64,000 nucleotides of DNA from Candidatus Endomicrobiellum cryptotermitis (GCA_031257835.1 JAIRNY010000026.1:43025-107024), one strand, 5' to 3'; positions 1 through 9,765 are shown, counted from the first letter of the stretch. The notes: generated by a model not told the origin, from the letters alone. A program made the numbers and translations.

Positions 1-3
1 AGT

Positions 4-2130
4 ATGAAACAAAGTGAGACTAAAACTACCTCTTATTTTAAATTTTTTATAGTTGTAATTATCACAACACTATTTATATTGTCTTTAGGCAAAATAACTA
101 CAAATTTTATAGACAATCTTCCATCAATACAACAACTTGGCAATTATACTCCAAACTTATCTACAAAGGTTTATGATAAAGACAACAATTTAATAGCAGA
201 ATTATTTACAGAAAGAAGGGTCCTAGTACCAATAAATGACATACCTTTAAATTTGCAAAATGCTTTCATAGCTATAGAAGATAACGATTTTTTTAAACAT
301 TGGGGAATTTCTATAAAAAGTATTTTTAGAGCTTTTTGTAAAATATTACTAAAAGGTAAGATTTCAGAAGGCGGTTCCACAATTACTCAACAACTTGCAA
401 AAACTATATTTTTAACTAGAGACAAAACCTTAATAAGAAAAATAAAAGAAGCACTTTTAACAATACAACTTGAAAAAAAATATTCTAAAAAAGAAATATT
501 GCAGTTTTACATAAACCAAATATATTTTGGTAGTGGCTCACATGGAGTAGAGGCAGCTGCAGAAAAATATTTTAATAAAAATATAAAAGATTTAACCCTT
601 GCAGAATGCGCAATGCTTGCAGCAATTCCAAAATCTCCAAATTACTATAACCCATTTAAAAATGCAAAAGCTGCTTTAGCAAGAAGAAATCTCGTTCTTG
701 CTAAAATCTATGAGTTAGGATATATCAGCAAAGAAGAACAAGAACAAGCTTCAAAAGAACCTCTTCCCTCTAAAGAAACTGTAAGTATAAAAGAAGAAAA
801 AGGATATTATTTCACGGAATTTCTAAGAATAATGTTAGAACCAAAATATGGAACAGATATTTTGTTTAATTCAGGAATTTCTATATATACAACTCTTGCT
901 ATACAATCACAAATTTCTGCAGAAAAAGCTATTGAACAAGCTTTAACAAAATTTGACGAAGAGAAAGTTAAAGTTTTTAAAAAAGAAAACAAAGAACCAA
1001 TAAAGGTACAAGGAGCACTAATAGCAGTTGACCCAAAAAATGGTGCAATAAGAGCCATGGTTGGAGGACGCAATTTTAAAGAATCTCAATTTAACAGAGC
1101 AACCCAAGCAAAAAGACAAGCTGGATCAGCATTTAAACCTTTTATATATCTTACAGCAATAGAAGAAGGACTTACCCCTGCAACAATACTTGAAGATGCA
1201 CCTTTAGTCTTTGTTTATAAAAACAACGCTTGGGACTTAGTTTCAAGAGATATAACCGCTCTTGAAACAGTCGCTGAAACTGTAAGCGAAAAGGATTTAA
1301 TAGACACAAATAAGGTTTGGGTACCTACAAACTATGGCAAAAAATATAGAGGGAACGTTACACTAAGAACGGCTCTTGCTTTATCTATTAACACGTGTGC
1401 AGTAGAGCTTATAATGAAAGTAACACCCATAAAAGTTATACAATCAGCAAGAAACTTAGGGATAACAACTCCATTATCGAACTCTCTTTCGCTGGCTTTA
1501 GGTTCAAGCGATGTAACATTACAAGAAATGGTAAGCACTTTTGCAGTTTTTGCATCAGGCGGAATTAAAACTACGCCTTACATTATAGTAAAAATTACAG
1601 ATAAAGATGGAAAAATTTTAGAAGAAAATATACCTCAACAAAAGGAAGTTCTTTCCTCGCAGACTTGTTTTGTTTTAACTAACATGCTTAAAGCAGTAAT
1701 AGAAAAAGGTAGTGGTTGGCAAGCAAAAATGTTAGAAAGACCGTGTGCAGGAAAAACTGGGACTACAAACGGTCCTAGTGATGCATGGTTTATAGGATAC
1801 ACTCCTCAACTTGTCGCTGGCGTGTGGATAGGTTATGACGACCGTTCAATAACATTAGGGGACAGAGTTACAGGTGGTGTAATAGCTTGTCCTATATGGA
1901 CAAATTTCATGAAAGGTGCACTAGAAGGACAACCTATTTTAGATTTTGCAGAACCAGCAGACATTGATTGGGCCCTAATTGACCCCTCAACAGGTCTTCT
2001 AGCTCTAAGCAAAACAAAAGGTGCATTTATTGAAGCATTTAAAAAAGGTACTGCTCCTACACAATATTTTAATATAAGTTCTTCAGCCACAAGGAAACGA
2101 GATTTAGACATAGAAATAGAAGGTTTTTAA
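4..2130 (+). CDS. Class A penicillin-binding protein (PBP1A family)
   Basis: N-terminal TM; transglycosylase motifs EDxxF, GGSTITQQL, RKxxE; transpeptidase SAFK, SxN, KTG. Confidence 0.95.
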   Translation: MKQSETKTTSYFKFFIVVIITTLFILSLGKITTNFIDNLPSIQQLGNYTPNLSTKVYDKDNNLIAELFTERRVLVPINDIPLNLQNAFIAIEDNDFFKHWGISIKSIFRAFCKILLKGKISEGGSTITQQLAKTIFLTRDKTLIRKIKEALLTIQLEKKYSKKEILQFYINQIYFGSGSHGVEAAAEKYFNKNIKDLTLAECAMLAAIPKSPNYYNPFKNAKAALARRNLVLAKIYELGYISKEEQEQASKEPLPSKETVSIKEEKGYYFTEFLRIMLEPKYGTDILFNSGISIYTTLAIQSQISAEKAIEQALTKFDEEKVKVFKKENKEPIKVQGALIAVDPKNGAIRAMVGGRNFKESQFNRATQAKRQAGSAFKPFIYLTAIEEGLTPATILEDAPLVFVYKNNAWDLVSRDITALETVAETVSEKDLIDTNKVWVPTNYGKKYRGNVTLRTALALSINTCAVELIMKVTPIKVIQSARNLGITTPLSNSLSLALGSSDVTLQEMVSTFAVFASGGIKTTPYIIVKITDKDGKILEENIPQQKEVLSSQTCFVLTNMLKAVIEKGSGWQAKMLERPCAGKTGTTNGPSDAWFIGYTPQLVAGVWIGYDDRSITLGDRVTGGVIACPIWTNFMKGALEGQPILDFAEPADIDWALIDPSTGLLALSKTKGAFIEAFKKGTAPTQYFNISSSATRKRDLDIEIEGF

Positions 2131-2132
2131 AA

Positions 2133-3560
2133 TTATTCAAAAATTATTTCATACTCTTCTCTAGGAATTTCTAGACTAGCTTTGATCTCAAAATCTGCAT
2201 TAAATATTTCTTTAAGTCTCAGTATTCTTTCTCTAAAATATTCCACAATATCGCGATTTATCTTAATTTTAATTTTCCCATGATAACTATCAACATGTAA
2301 TTGCGCTATCTCATTACAAACATTAATAAAAACAGATTCCTTAGAAAGTACTAACCCTAACCCTCTACACGTAGGGCAAACATCTCCCAAAAGAGAAAAT
2401 AAAGATTCTCTTTTTCTTTGACGGGTCATCTCTATCAAACCTAACCCTGTTATTGGCCAAATCTTTATTTTAGCTTTATCACCTTTTGCAGCATCACGCA
2501 ACTTTTCTAAAACTTTATGCCTATTTGCAGATTTTCTCATATCTATAAAATCTATAACAATAATACCACCAATATTTCTAAGCCTTAGTTGCCTTGCTAT
2601 CTCTACAGCAGCTTCTAAATTCGTAACCAAGGCAGTATCTTCTTGAGAACTTTTAGCAGTAAATTTTCCACTATTAACATCTATTGCACAAAGAGATTCT
2701 GCCTCTTGTATTATGAGATATCCCCCTGACACTAACCGAACTTTATTTGATCGAAGTCCTTTTATTTCTTCATCAATTCCATACGCTTTAAAAACAGGTT
2801 GCTTTCCATCATAAAGTACAATTCTATCTATAAATTCCGGTAACACTATTTTTACAAAATCACTAACATCTCTAAACTCTTTTTTTGAGTCTATGTGCAT
2901 CATAATAACATCTTCTGAAAAGTAGTCTCTTACTGTTTGAAATACTACTCCTAAATCTTTATGTACAAGACTCATAGGCTTTACATTCTTAAACCTTGCA
3001 ACTATAGAAACCCAAAGTCTCTCTAAGTATTTTATTTCATTCTCTATTTCTTGTTCACTTGACTCTTCAGCTTCAGTCCTTACTATTATACCACCAGGAA
3101 TATCCTTCTTTATTTTATAGACTATGTTTTTTAATCTATCATATTCTTGTTTATCTTCAATATTTTTGGATATACCTATATTGTTACTAAAAGGCATATA
3201 CACTAAAAGTCTTCCAGGAAGAGAAATATCCATTGTTACTTTAGGCCCTTTTGTGTTGATAGGCTCTTTATACACTTGAACCATAACTTCTTGTCCGACT
3301 TTAATCATATTTTCAATATTTTTTTCTTTTCTTTGAGCTACTATATCATCAACCCCTAAATAAGCACTTTTACCAAAACCAATATCAACAAAAGCAGAAC
3401 CAAGAGCTGGCACAATATTTTGTACTGTACCTTTATAAATATTATTTAATATTTTCTCAGATTCCCTTCTTTCTATAAACAAATCAAAAAGTTTGCCATC
3501 TTCTAAAACGGCAACTCTTATTTCTTCTAACCCCCTGTTAACTACTATTTCTTTTTTCAC
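2133..3560 (-). CDS. rng: Ribonuclease E/G family (RNase G-sized)
   Basis: S1 domain NIYKGTV..AFVDIG; IDVNSG; RLRNIGGIIVIDFIDM; CPTC Zn-link; GTG start. Confidence 0.9.
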   Translation of the reverse strand: MKKEIVVNRGLEEIRVAVLEDGKLFDLFIERRESEKILNNIYKGTVQNIVPALGSAFVDIGFGKSAYLGVDDIVAQRKEKNIENMIKVGQEVMVQVYKEPINTKGPKVTMDISLPGRLLVYMPFSNNIGISKNIEDKQEYDRLKNIVYKIKKDIPGGIIVRTEAEESSEQEIENEIKYLERLWVSIVARFKNVKPMSLVHKDLGVVFQTVRDYFSEDVIMMHIDSKKEFRDVSDFVKIVLPEFIDRIVLYDGKQPVFKAYGIDEEIKGLRSNKVRLVSGGYLIIQEAESLCAIDVNSGKFTAKSSQEDTALVTNLEAAVEIARQLRLRNIGGIIVIDFIDMRKSANRHKVLEKLRDAAKGDKAKIKIWPITGLGLIEMTRQRKRESLFSLLGDVCPTCRGLGLVLSKESVFINVCNEIAQLHVDSYHGKIKIKINRDIVEYFRERILRLKEIFNADFEIKASLEIPREEYEIIFE

Positions 3561-3580
3561 TAATTATTCCTTTTCAAAAA

Positions 3581-6046
3581 TTATGGTTCATACATTGTAC
3601 CATTAGATGTTTCAATATATAAAGCACTTCTTTTGATACTATAAACCTTAAGTTCGTCTATTTTTAATTTTAAAAGTTTTTCCAAAACCATTTCTGGTTT
3701 AACTGTTTTGCCACTTCCAAACCGAAGTTGCAATATTAAATCGTTCCCTTCTATTTTTAATAACCTTATTAAAGATTTAGCATCAATCGGTATAATTTTA
3801 TCTTTTTTTTGTTTAATTATAATAATCTCATCCTGCAATAAAAATTCATCCACCTCTTTTTGAGAAACAATTATGTCTTTAATTTTGTATTCTGACACAT
3901 TGACAAGCCTATCTATTGATGGAAATAACAACGGCACTTTTTTTACACTAAGCAAATCATACCCTTCAGGTAAAACTTTAGATATTGCAAGTTTTACAAT
4001 TTCAGTAGTAATATTCTCACTAAAATATAATTCTATGTATTCACTAGAACTTTCTTGTCCCACAGAAAGTGGAGGTCCATAAAAAGATTTTACTTGAGGG
4101 CTAAATCCGCCAGTAAAAGCAATCGGCAAACCTGACCGCCTTGCTGAGCGCCTAAAAACTTCTATTTGTTCCAAGTGTGATATGTATTTTATCATTCCTT
4201 TTTTAGCAAAGCGAAGAAGTAATCGCACAACAGGGGCAGTTACTTGAGTTTTAGGTTCCTCATAATTTTCTGGGAAAACACATCCAGCTTTGCCAAAAGA
4301 TTTTACAGTAATATCTCCAGTTTCATTTATACCATTTGTGTAGTCTTTATATAAATCCTCCTTTGAAACGCCAAAAAATAAATGATCCCAAGGAAACACT
4401 TCATCATAATTTCTATTTCTGTAAACATAAAAGTTTAAATCCACATTACATTCTTTTAAAGATTGGTCCCAAATACTGTTACCAAACTTGTCTGCCCATT
4501 GGTCAAACCTTGCACCTTTTTCCCAAGCTTTATAAATTACTTTAGAAAGTCTTCTATCGCCTTTTGCAATTAACGCCTCTAATACACTTGCTCTATGGTT
4601 ATACGCTTTTACATTTGCAGGGAGCAATTTATTTAACAAATCTATTTTTTGTTTTATATCATCTTCACTTGCCATAGAAGTCCATTGAAATGCAGTTTGA
4701 GCTTTTGGGACAAACGGGGATATTGTTATATTAAAACTTAAATTTTTAGCTTCTTTTTTTACAAATTTTACAATGTGCTCTATTCCTAATATATCTTCAC
4801 TAGTTTCTGTCGGAAGGCCTATCATAAAATAAAGTTTTATGGTTTTCCACCCCATAGCGTTTGCAGTAAGTAAAGTTTCCACTATTTGTTTTTCACAAAG
4901 GTATTTACCTATAACGTTACGAAGTCTGTCAGAACCCGCTTCTGGAGCAAAAGTAAGACTAGGCCTTTTACTTCTATTTATGTATTGTACAATTTTAAGA
5001 GATTTTTCATTACATCTTAAAGAAGGTAGAGAAATATTTAAATTTGTTTGTTTATATAAATTGTTTGTTTCAATTAAAAGTTTATCCAAATGCTTGTAAT
5101 CGCTACACGAAAGAGAAGAAAAAACAACCTCCTCAAAGCCTGTAGCTGATATTCCACTTTTTACTAGTTCTAACAACTTTTCTAAAGGTCTTTGCCTAAA
5201 AGGACGATAATAGTTAGATGCTTGACAAAAACGACACTGGCCAGGGCAACCTCTTGCAACCTCGATATTTAACCTATTGTGTACAGTCTCTACAAAAGGA
5301 ATTATCTTTTTTTGAGGGAAGTACGCATTATTAAGATTCAAAAGTCTTTTACTAACAACAGATTTTAAACCTTCATATTTTGGCTTTACAGACTTTACAG
5401 TATTGTCTCTATTATATTCCACATCATAAAAAAACGGTACATATACGCCTTCTATTTCAGATAACTTTTTTAAAGTATTAAATCTAGACATCTTATGTTT
5501 TTTAGAAAATTTGCAAACATTTATTATTTCTTCTATAACCTCTTCTCCATCACCTAAAACAAACAAATCAAAAAAATCACAAAAGGGTTCAGGATTAGTT
5601 AAAGATGGCCCTCCAGCAATTACAAGAAGATCATTTTCATTTCTATCTTTTGCAAATATAGGAATGTTAGACAAATCTAAAATGTTTACAACATTTGTAG
5701 CGATAAGTTCACACTGAATCGTAAACCCTAAAATATCAAAACTTTTAATTTCACTTTGTGACTCTAAGGAAAACAAAGTTAAATTTTCTTGTCTTAAAAT
5801 AGTTTCTAAATCAGTGTCTGGAGCAAAGGCTCTTTCACATCTAGCTAACTTTTTTTCATTTACTAAATGGTATAAAATCTCTAACCCTAAATTAGATGCC
5901 CCTACTTCATAAATGTCAGGAAAACACAAAACAATAGAAAAGTCTGCCGACATATCTGGTTTATAAGAATTTAATTCACTGTTTATGTATCTTGCAGGTT
6001 TTTGTACTCGATTTAAGATTAGATCAATTTTTGATATTTTTTTCAT
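3581..6046 (-). CDS. B12-binding radical SAM protein (TIGR03960-type) fused to a C-terminal TIGR03936/DUF2344-like domain
   Basis: KPARY N-terminus; RGCPGQCRFC radical SAM motif; C-terminal YISHLE..RRSGLPIAFTGGFSP. Confidence 0.85.
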   Translation of the reverse strand: MKKISKIDLILNRVQKPARYINSELNSYKPDMSADFSIVLCFPDIYEVGASNLGLEILYHLVNEKKLARCERAFAPDTDLETILRQENLTLFSLESQSEIKSFDILGFTIQCELIATNVVNILDLSNIPIFAKDRNENDLLVIAGGPSLTNPEPFCDFFDLFVLGDGEEVIEEIINVCKFSKKHKMSRFNTLKKLSEIEGVYVPFFYDVEYNRDNTVKSVKPKYEGLKSVVSKRLLNLNNAYFPQKKIIPFVETVHNRLNIEVARGCPGQCRFCQASNYYRPFRQRPLEKLLELVKSGISATGFEEVVFSSLSCSDYKHLDKLLIETNNLYKQTNLNISLPSLRCNEKSLKIVQYINRSKRPSLTFAPEAGSDRLRNVIGKYLCEKQIVETLLTANAMGWKTIKLYFMIGLPTETSEDILGIEHIVKFVKKEAKNLSFNITISPFVPKAQTAFQWTSMASEDDIKQKIDLLNKLLPANVKAYNHRASVLEALIAKGDRRLSKVIYKAWEKGARFDQWADKFGNSIWDQSLKECNVDLNFYVYRNRNYDEVFPWDHLFFGVSKEDLYKDYTNGINETGDITVKSFGKAGCVFPENYEEPKTQVTAPVVRLLLRFAKKGMIKYISHLEQIEVFRRSARRSGLPIAFTGGFSPQVKSFYGPPLSVGQESSSEYIELYFSENITTEIVKLAISKVLPEGYDLLSVKKVPLLFPSIDRLVNVSEYKIKDIIVSQKEVDEFLLQDEIIIIKQKKDKIIPIDAKSLIRLLKIEGNDLILQLRFGSGKTVKPEMVLEKLLKLKIDELKVYSIKRSALYIETSNGTMYEP

Positions 6047-6098
6047 TATTTACACACATTAATATATAGCTTAATCATTTTAACACATATATACCAAA

Positions 6099-6127
6099 AT
6101 GACAAAACAATATAAAAGATGTATAAT
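6099..6127 (+). promoter_or_regulatory. Putative sigma70 promoter upstream of typA
   Basis: ATGACA (6099-6104), 17-bp spacer, TATAAT (6122-6127). Confidence 0.5.
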
Positions 6128-6128
6128 G

Positions 6129-6288
6129 GGTCTGTCTAAAAACCTTAACACATATCCTTACTGCGCCTTTTTCGACGCTGCTGCGTTAAAAAACTTGTGT
6201 TTATCACTCAATAAACCCTGCGTTTTTTGCCTTGCATTGCTAAAAAATTCACAGTAAATTATACAGTATTAGGGTTTTTAGACAGACC
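6129..6288. mobile_element. Palindromic MITE-like element, family 1 (complete copy)
   Basis: Perfect 16-bp terminal inverted repeats GGTCTGTCTAAAAACC / GGTTTTTAGACAGACC; interior homologous to about 56351-56498. Confidence 0.75.
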
Positions 6289-6367
6289 TATTTCAATAAA
6301 GTTTAAAAAGGAGTAACAAAAAACGACCTGTTATTAATATAACAATAGTCGTATTTTAATTAATAAT

Positions 6368-8206
6368 ATGAAAAGAAATGATGTAAGAAACGTAGCTATT
6401 ATAGCTCACGTAGACCACGGCAAAACTACAATAGTAGATTCTCTACTTAAATTTTCTGGTCAATTTAATGTTAAAAATGACCAAGTCCAAGATATGGTAT
6501 TAGACTCAAACCCTCTTGAAAGGGAAAGAGGTATAACAATATTGTCAAAGTGTACTTCCGTAAATTATAAAGGTTCTACAATAAATATAGTTGATACTCC
6601 TGGTCATGTAGACTTTGGTAGCGAAGTAGAAAGAGTATTAAAAATGGTTGATGGCGTTATTTTAATGGTAGACGCTGTCGAAGGTCCTATGCCACAAACA
6701 AGATTTGTTCTAAGAAAAACTCTTGCTTTAGGGCTTAAACCTATAGCAGTTATCAACAAAATGGATAGGCCAAACGCCACTCCTAGCACAGTTATAGATA
6801 ATGTTTTTGATTTGTTTATGAAACTTGGCGCAAATGACGAGCAACTAGATTTTCCTATAATTTACGCTTCAGGCAGAGATGGTTGGGCTAGCTTAAAAAT
6901 GGAAGAAAAAGGTGCAGATATAGAACCTATTTTTACAATCATTTTAAAACATGTTCCGCCTCCAGATGCTGATATAGAAAAACCTCTACAAATGCAAGTA
7001 ACGATCCTTGATTATAATAATTTCCTAGGAAATGTTGGCATAGGGAGAATTTTAAACGGCACAATAAAAAAAGGACAAACTATAGCACTTGTAAATGAGT
7101 CTAATATAAATTCCCCAAAAATTACAAAAGCTGTACGTATAGACAAATTTTGTGGACTTGGCAAACAAGAAGTAGAGCAAGCTCAAGCTGGCGACATAGT
7201 ATCTATAGCAGGACTTGAGGGAGTAGAAGTTAGCGATACTGTTTGTAATATAGACAATATTTTACCTCTGCCAAGACTTTCTATAGACGAACCTACAGTC
7301 TCTATGAATTTTTTAGTAAATGATTCCCCGTTTGCTGGAAAAGAAGGTAAATTTATAACAAGTAGGCACATAAAAGCTCGCTTAGAAAAAGAAGCACAAA
7401 GAAATGTTGGTCTAAAAATAGAAACTTTAGAAGGTGAAGGTAAATTTAAAGTTTCTGGACGTGGAGAACTTCATTTAACTGTTTTAATTGAAACAATGCG
7501 TAGAGAAGGTTTTGAAATTGCCGTATCTTCGCCAGAAGTTATATACAAAGAAATTGACGGCAAACTCTGTGAACCTATGGAATTTTTAACCTTAGACATA
7601 GAAAGCCAATATCAAGGAATCGTATTTGAACTTGTAGGTAAAAGATCAGCAAAGTTAGAAAACATGGTAAGTGAAGGTGGAGATAGAATAAGACTTGAAT
7701 ATATAATCCCTTCAAGAGCTTTAATAGGTTTTAAAAATGATTTTTTAACAAACACTCGTGGACAAGGTATTATGCATCATAGTTTTTATGATTATATGCC
7801 TAAAGTAAATGTTTCAAACTTAAGAACAAGTGGAGTTTTTATAGCAAAAGAGCAAGGTAAAACAACAGCATATGCTTTAGATAATTTACAAGTTAGTGGG
7901 CAACTTTTTGTAGGGCCTGGGGTAGAAGTTTATGAAGGTATGATAGTGGGTCAAAATTCTAGAGAAAATGACTTAGTTGTAAACCCCTGTAAATTAAAAA
8001 AATTAACTAATATGAGAAGCAAAAATGCTGACGATGCGCCAATGATAATCCCTCCTAGAATCATGAACTTAGAACAAGCTGTAGAATACATTGCACAAGA
8101 CGAGCTTGTTGAAATAACTCCTACATCTATACGTTTAAGAAAAAAAGTTTTAAATCATCTCTTAAGAAAACGAACTTCTAAAAAAGAAGATGAAGAAAGT
8201 ATTTAA
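6368..8206 (+). CDS. typA: Translational GTPase TypA/BipA
   Basis: RNVAIIAHVDHGKTT, ERERGITILSK, DTPGH, GRGELHL, VEITPTSIRLRK. Confidence 0.97.
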   Translation: MKRNDVRNVAIIAHVDHGKTTIVDSLLKFSGQFNVKNDQVQDMVLDSNPLERERGITILSKCTSVNYKGSTINIVDTPGHVDFGSEVERVLKMVDGVILMVDAVEGPMPQTRFVLRKTLALGLKPIAVINKMDRPNATPSTVIDNVFDLFMKLGANDEQLDFPIIYASGRDGWASLKMEEKGADIEPIFTIILKHVPPPDADIEKPLQMQVTILDYNNFLGNVGIGRILNGTIKKGQTIALVNESNINSPKITKAVRIDKFCGLGKQEVEQAQAGDIVSIAGLEGVEVSDTVCNIDNILPLPRLSIDEPTVSMNFLVNDSPFAGKEGKFITSRHIKARLEKEAQRNVGLKIETLEGEGKFKVSGRGELHLTVLIETMRREGFEIAVSSPEVIYKEIDGKLCEPMEFLTLDIESQYQGIVFELVGKRSAKLENMVSEGGDRIRLEYIIPSRALIGFKNDFLTNTRGQGIMHHSFYDYMPKVNVSNLRTSGVFIAKEQGKTTAYALDNLQVSGQLFVGPGVEVYEGMIVGQNSRENDLVVNPCKLKKLTNMRSKNADDAPMIIPPRIMNLEQAVEYIAQDELVEITPTSIRLRKKVLNHLLRKRTSKKEDEESI

Positions 8207-8214
8207 ATATATAA

Positions 8215-8597
8215 TCAATATTTTATACAGTAATTTAGAGAATAATTGACTGGTCTATTTTCGCCTGCTACTGGGACAACTCTTGAAGCATTAAAAGTAA
8301 AACTGTTAGATTGATTAGGGGAGTATCCCACATTATAATGGCGTCCTTCCGGTTTTTCTTCTACAGCTCCACCATATGCTCTATTTCCATTTGATCTTTC
8401 TGATCCCCACCTTCCGGTAATATTTCTAATAGCATCGCTTTGTCTTTGGCCGAGGTAAGCGGAGTTTCCGCCAAGTCCTCGGAGAAACATACCACGCAGA
8501 TCAGGAAGCCTAAACCTAGAAGAAGCATTGCCGCATTAATAGTGCCAATAGCATCGAATAGTTGAGCATATTTAGATTTTTCTACCTAAGATCCATC
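8215..8597 (-). pseudogene. Silent alternative C-terminal cassette (tail-collar end plus tip) of the fibre gene at 8818-9765
   Basis: Frame is open from about 8532 to the stop at 8215 (GNASSRFRLPDLRGMFLRG...ENRPVNYSLNYCIKY). The upstream remnant DGS*VEKSKYAQLFDAIGTI carries a stop and a 1-bp deletion. No signal peptide or N-terminal domain. Confidence 0.85.
8412..8534 (-). repeat. 123-bp inverted repeat, left copy
   Basis: Reverse complement matches 9425-9547 at 121/123 positions with no gaps (manual alignment). Confidence 0.95.
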
Positions 8598-8762
8598 ATG
8601 AAAAGTACAGATATATTTCCATAGTAGTTAAATATAAGTTCAAAGAAAGCTACAATACCAAAAAATCCTAATAACAAAAATATCAAGATACAACAGTTAT
8701 GAACAATTACATATGTAGCACACATGTTCAGCAAACAACGAAGATAAATTTTAAAGTAAATT

Positions 8763-8778
8763 TGCTATAATTATAGCA
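8763..8778. promoter_or_regulatory. 16-bp perfect palindrome forming an extended -10 element on both strands
   Basis: TGCTATAATTATAGCA gives TGnTATAAT in both directions; about 40 bp upstream of ATG 8818, with RBS-like AGAGG at 8804-8808. Confidence 0.55.
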
Positions 8779-8817
8779 TTTAGAGTAAATATTATATAGC
8801 AATAGAGGCTTTCCAAA

Positions 8818-9765
8818 ATGAAAAATCTTTTATTTGTATTAGTTGCCTTAGTTATCTTTCCAATTCTATGTTACTCTAATGTTCCAAATGAAATTCGTTA
8901 CAGTGGGAGACTTAAAAACTACAATGCTCTTGTTAATGCTCCTGTAGCTTTTAACTTTAAAATATATAATCAAGAATCTGATGGTACAGCTCTATGGGAG
9001 TCAGGGAATCAGCCTATACAAGTTTCTAGTGGTTTATTCTCTTATGTAATTAAACCTGATTTAACTAAAGTTGATTTGCGTAATTCTAATCTTTGGCTTC
9101 AACTCGTAGTTAATGGCCAAGAACTCTCCCCAAGGGAAAAACTTTCATCTCAATTCTATTCTTTACACTCGCTTTCAGCTGAAAATTTATCTTCTGATAA
9201 AGAAATTGAAATCAAAGTTGGAAATTCTTCCGTATCAATTGGTATTAAAAATGGCACGCTTGCTTATGTCTCAGGTTCTTTTACAGAATTCTTATCGGTT
9301 CCTCCAGGAACTATAATCGCTTTTGCAGGTAATAAAATACCGGACGGTTACCTCCTTTGCGATGGCGCTGAACTTGAAGTTTCCAAATATCAGCCCCTTT
9401 TTACAGCTATTGGTACTATTTATGGCGGCAATGCTTCTTCTAGGTTTAGGCTTCCTGATCTGCGCGGTATGTTTCTCCGAGGACTTGGCGGAGACTCCGC
9501 TTACCTCGGCCAAAGACAAAGCGATGCTATTAGAAATATTACCGGAAATTTGGGAACTGCTCATATATGGATAAGAAGAAATAAAAATGACACTAATGCC
9601 GTTGGTGCTTTTTTTATGCTTTCACTAGGTTGGGATAATCTTACAAGAAGTAATGGAATAGAGGATGTTAGAACTACTTTAGCTTTTGACGCTTCCAGAG
9701 TTGTTCCTGTGGCAAATGAAAATAGGCCTACAAATTACGCTGTACAATACTGTATAAAATACTAA
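8818..9765 (+). CDS. Secreted phage tail-fibre-like protein with phage tail collar domain (putative adhesin)
   Basis: Sec-type signal peptide; N-domain (IRYSGRL..FKIY..LWES..GLFS..WLQLVVNGQELSPR); collar motif VPPGTIIAFAGNKIPDGYLLCDG..Y..LF.AIGT.YG..F.LPDLRG.FLRG; tip ending ENRPTNYAVQYCIKY. Confidence 0.85.
   Translation: MKNLLFVLVALVIFPILCYSNVPNEIRYSGRLKNYNALVNAPVAFNFKIYNQESDGTALWESGNQPIQVSSGLFSYVIKPDLTKVDLRNSNLWLQLVVNGQELSPREKLSSQFYSLHSLSAENLSSDKEIEIKVGNSSVSIGIKNGTLAYVSGSFTEFLSVPPGTIIAFAGNKIPDGYLLCDGAELEVSKYQPLFTAIGTIYGGNASSRFRLPDLRGMFLRGLGGDSAYLGQRQSDAIRNITGNLGTAHIWIRRNKNDTNAVGAFFMLSLGWDNLTRSNGIEDVRTTLAFDASRVVPVANENRPTNYAVQYCIKY
9425..9547 (+). repeat. 123-bp inverted repeat, right copy (inside the fibre gene)
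   Basis: Matches reverse complement of 8412-8534 (2 substitutions). Confidence 0.95.

Noticed and set aside
8215-9765. Diversity-generating retroelement (TR/VR pair) on the tail-fibre gene
   Set aside because: No reverse transcriptase in the window. The near-identical part is the constant collar, while the tips differ by indels and at all bases rather than adenine-specifically.
8215-9765. Prophage or tailocin
   Set aside because: No other structural, lysis or integrase genes nearby, and the protein has a signal peptide.
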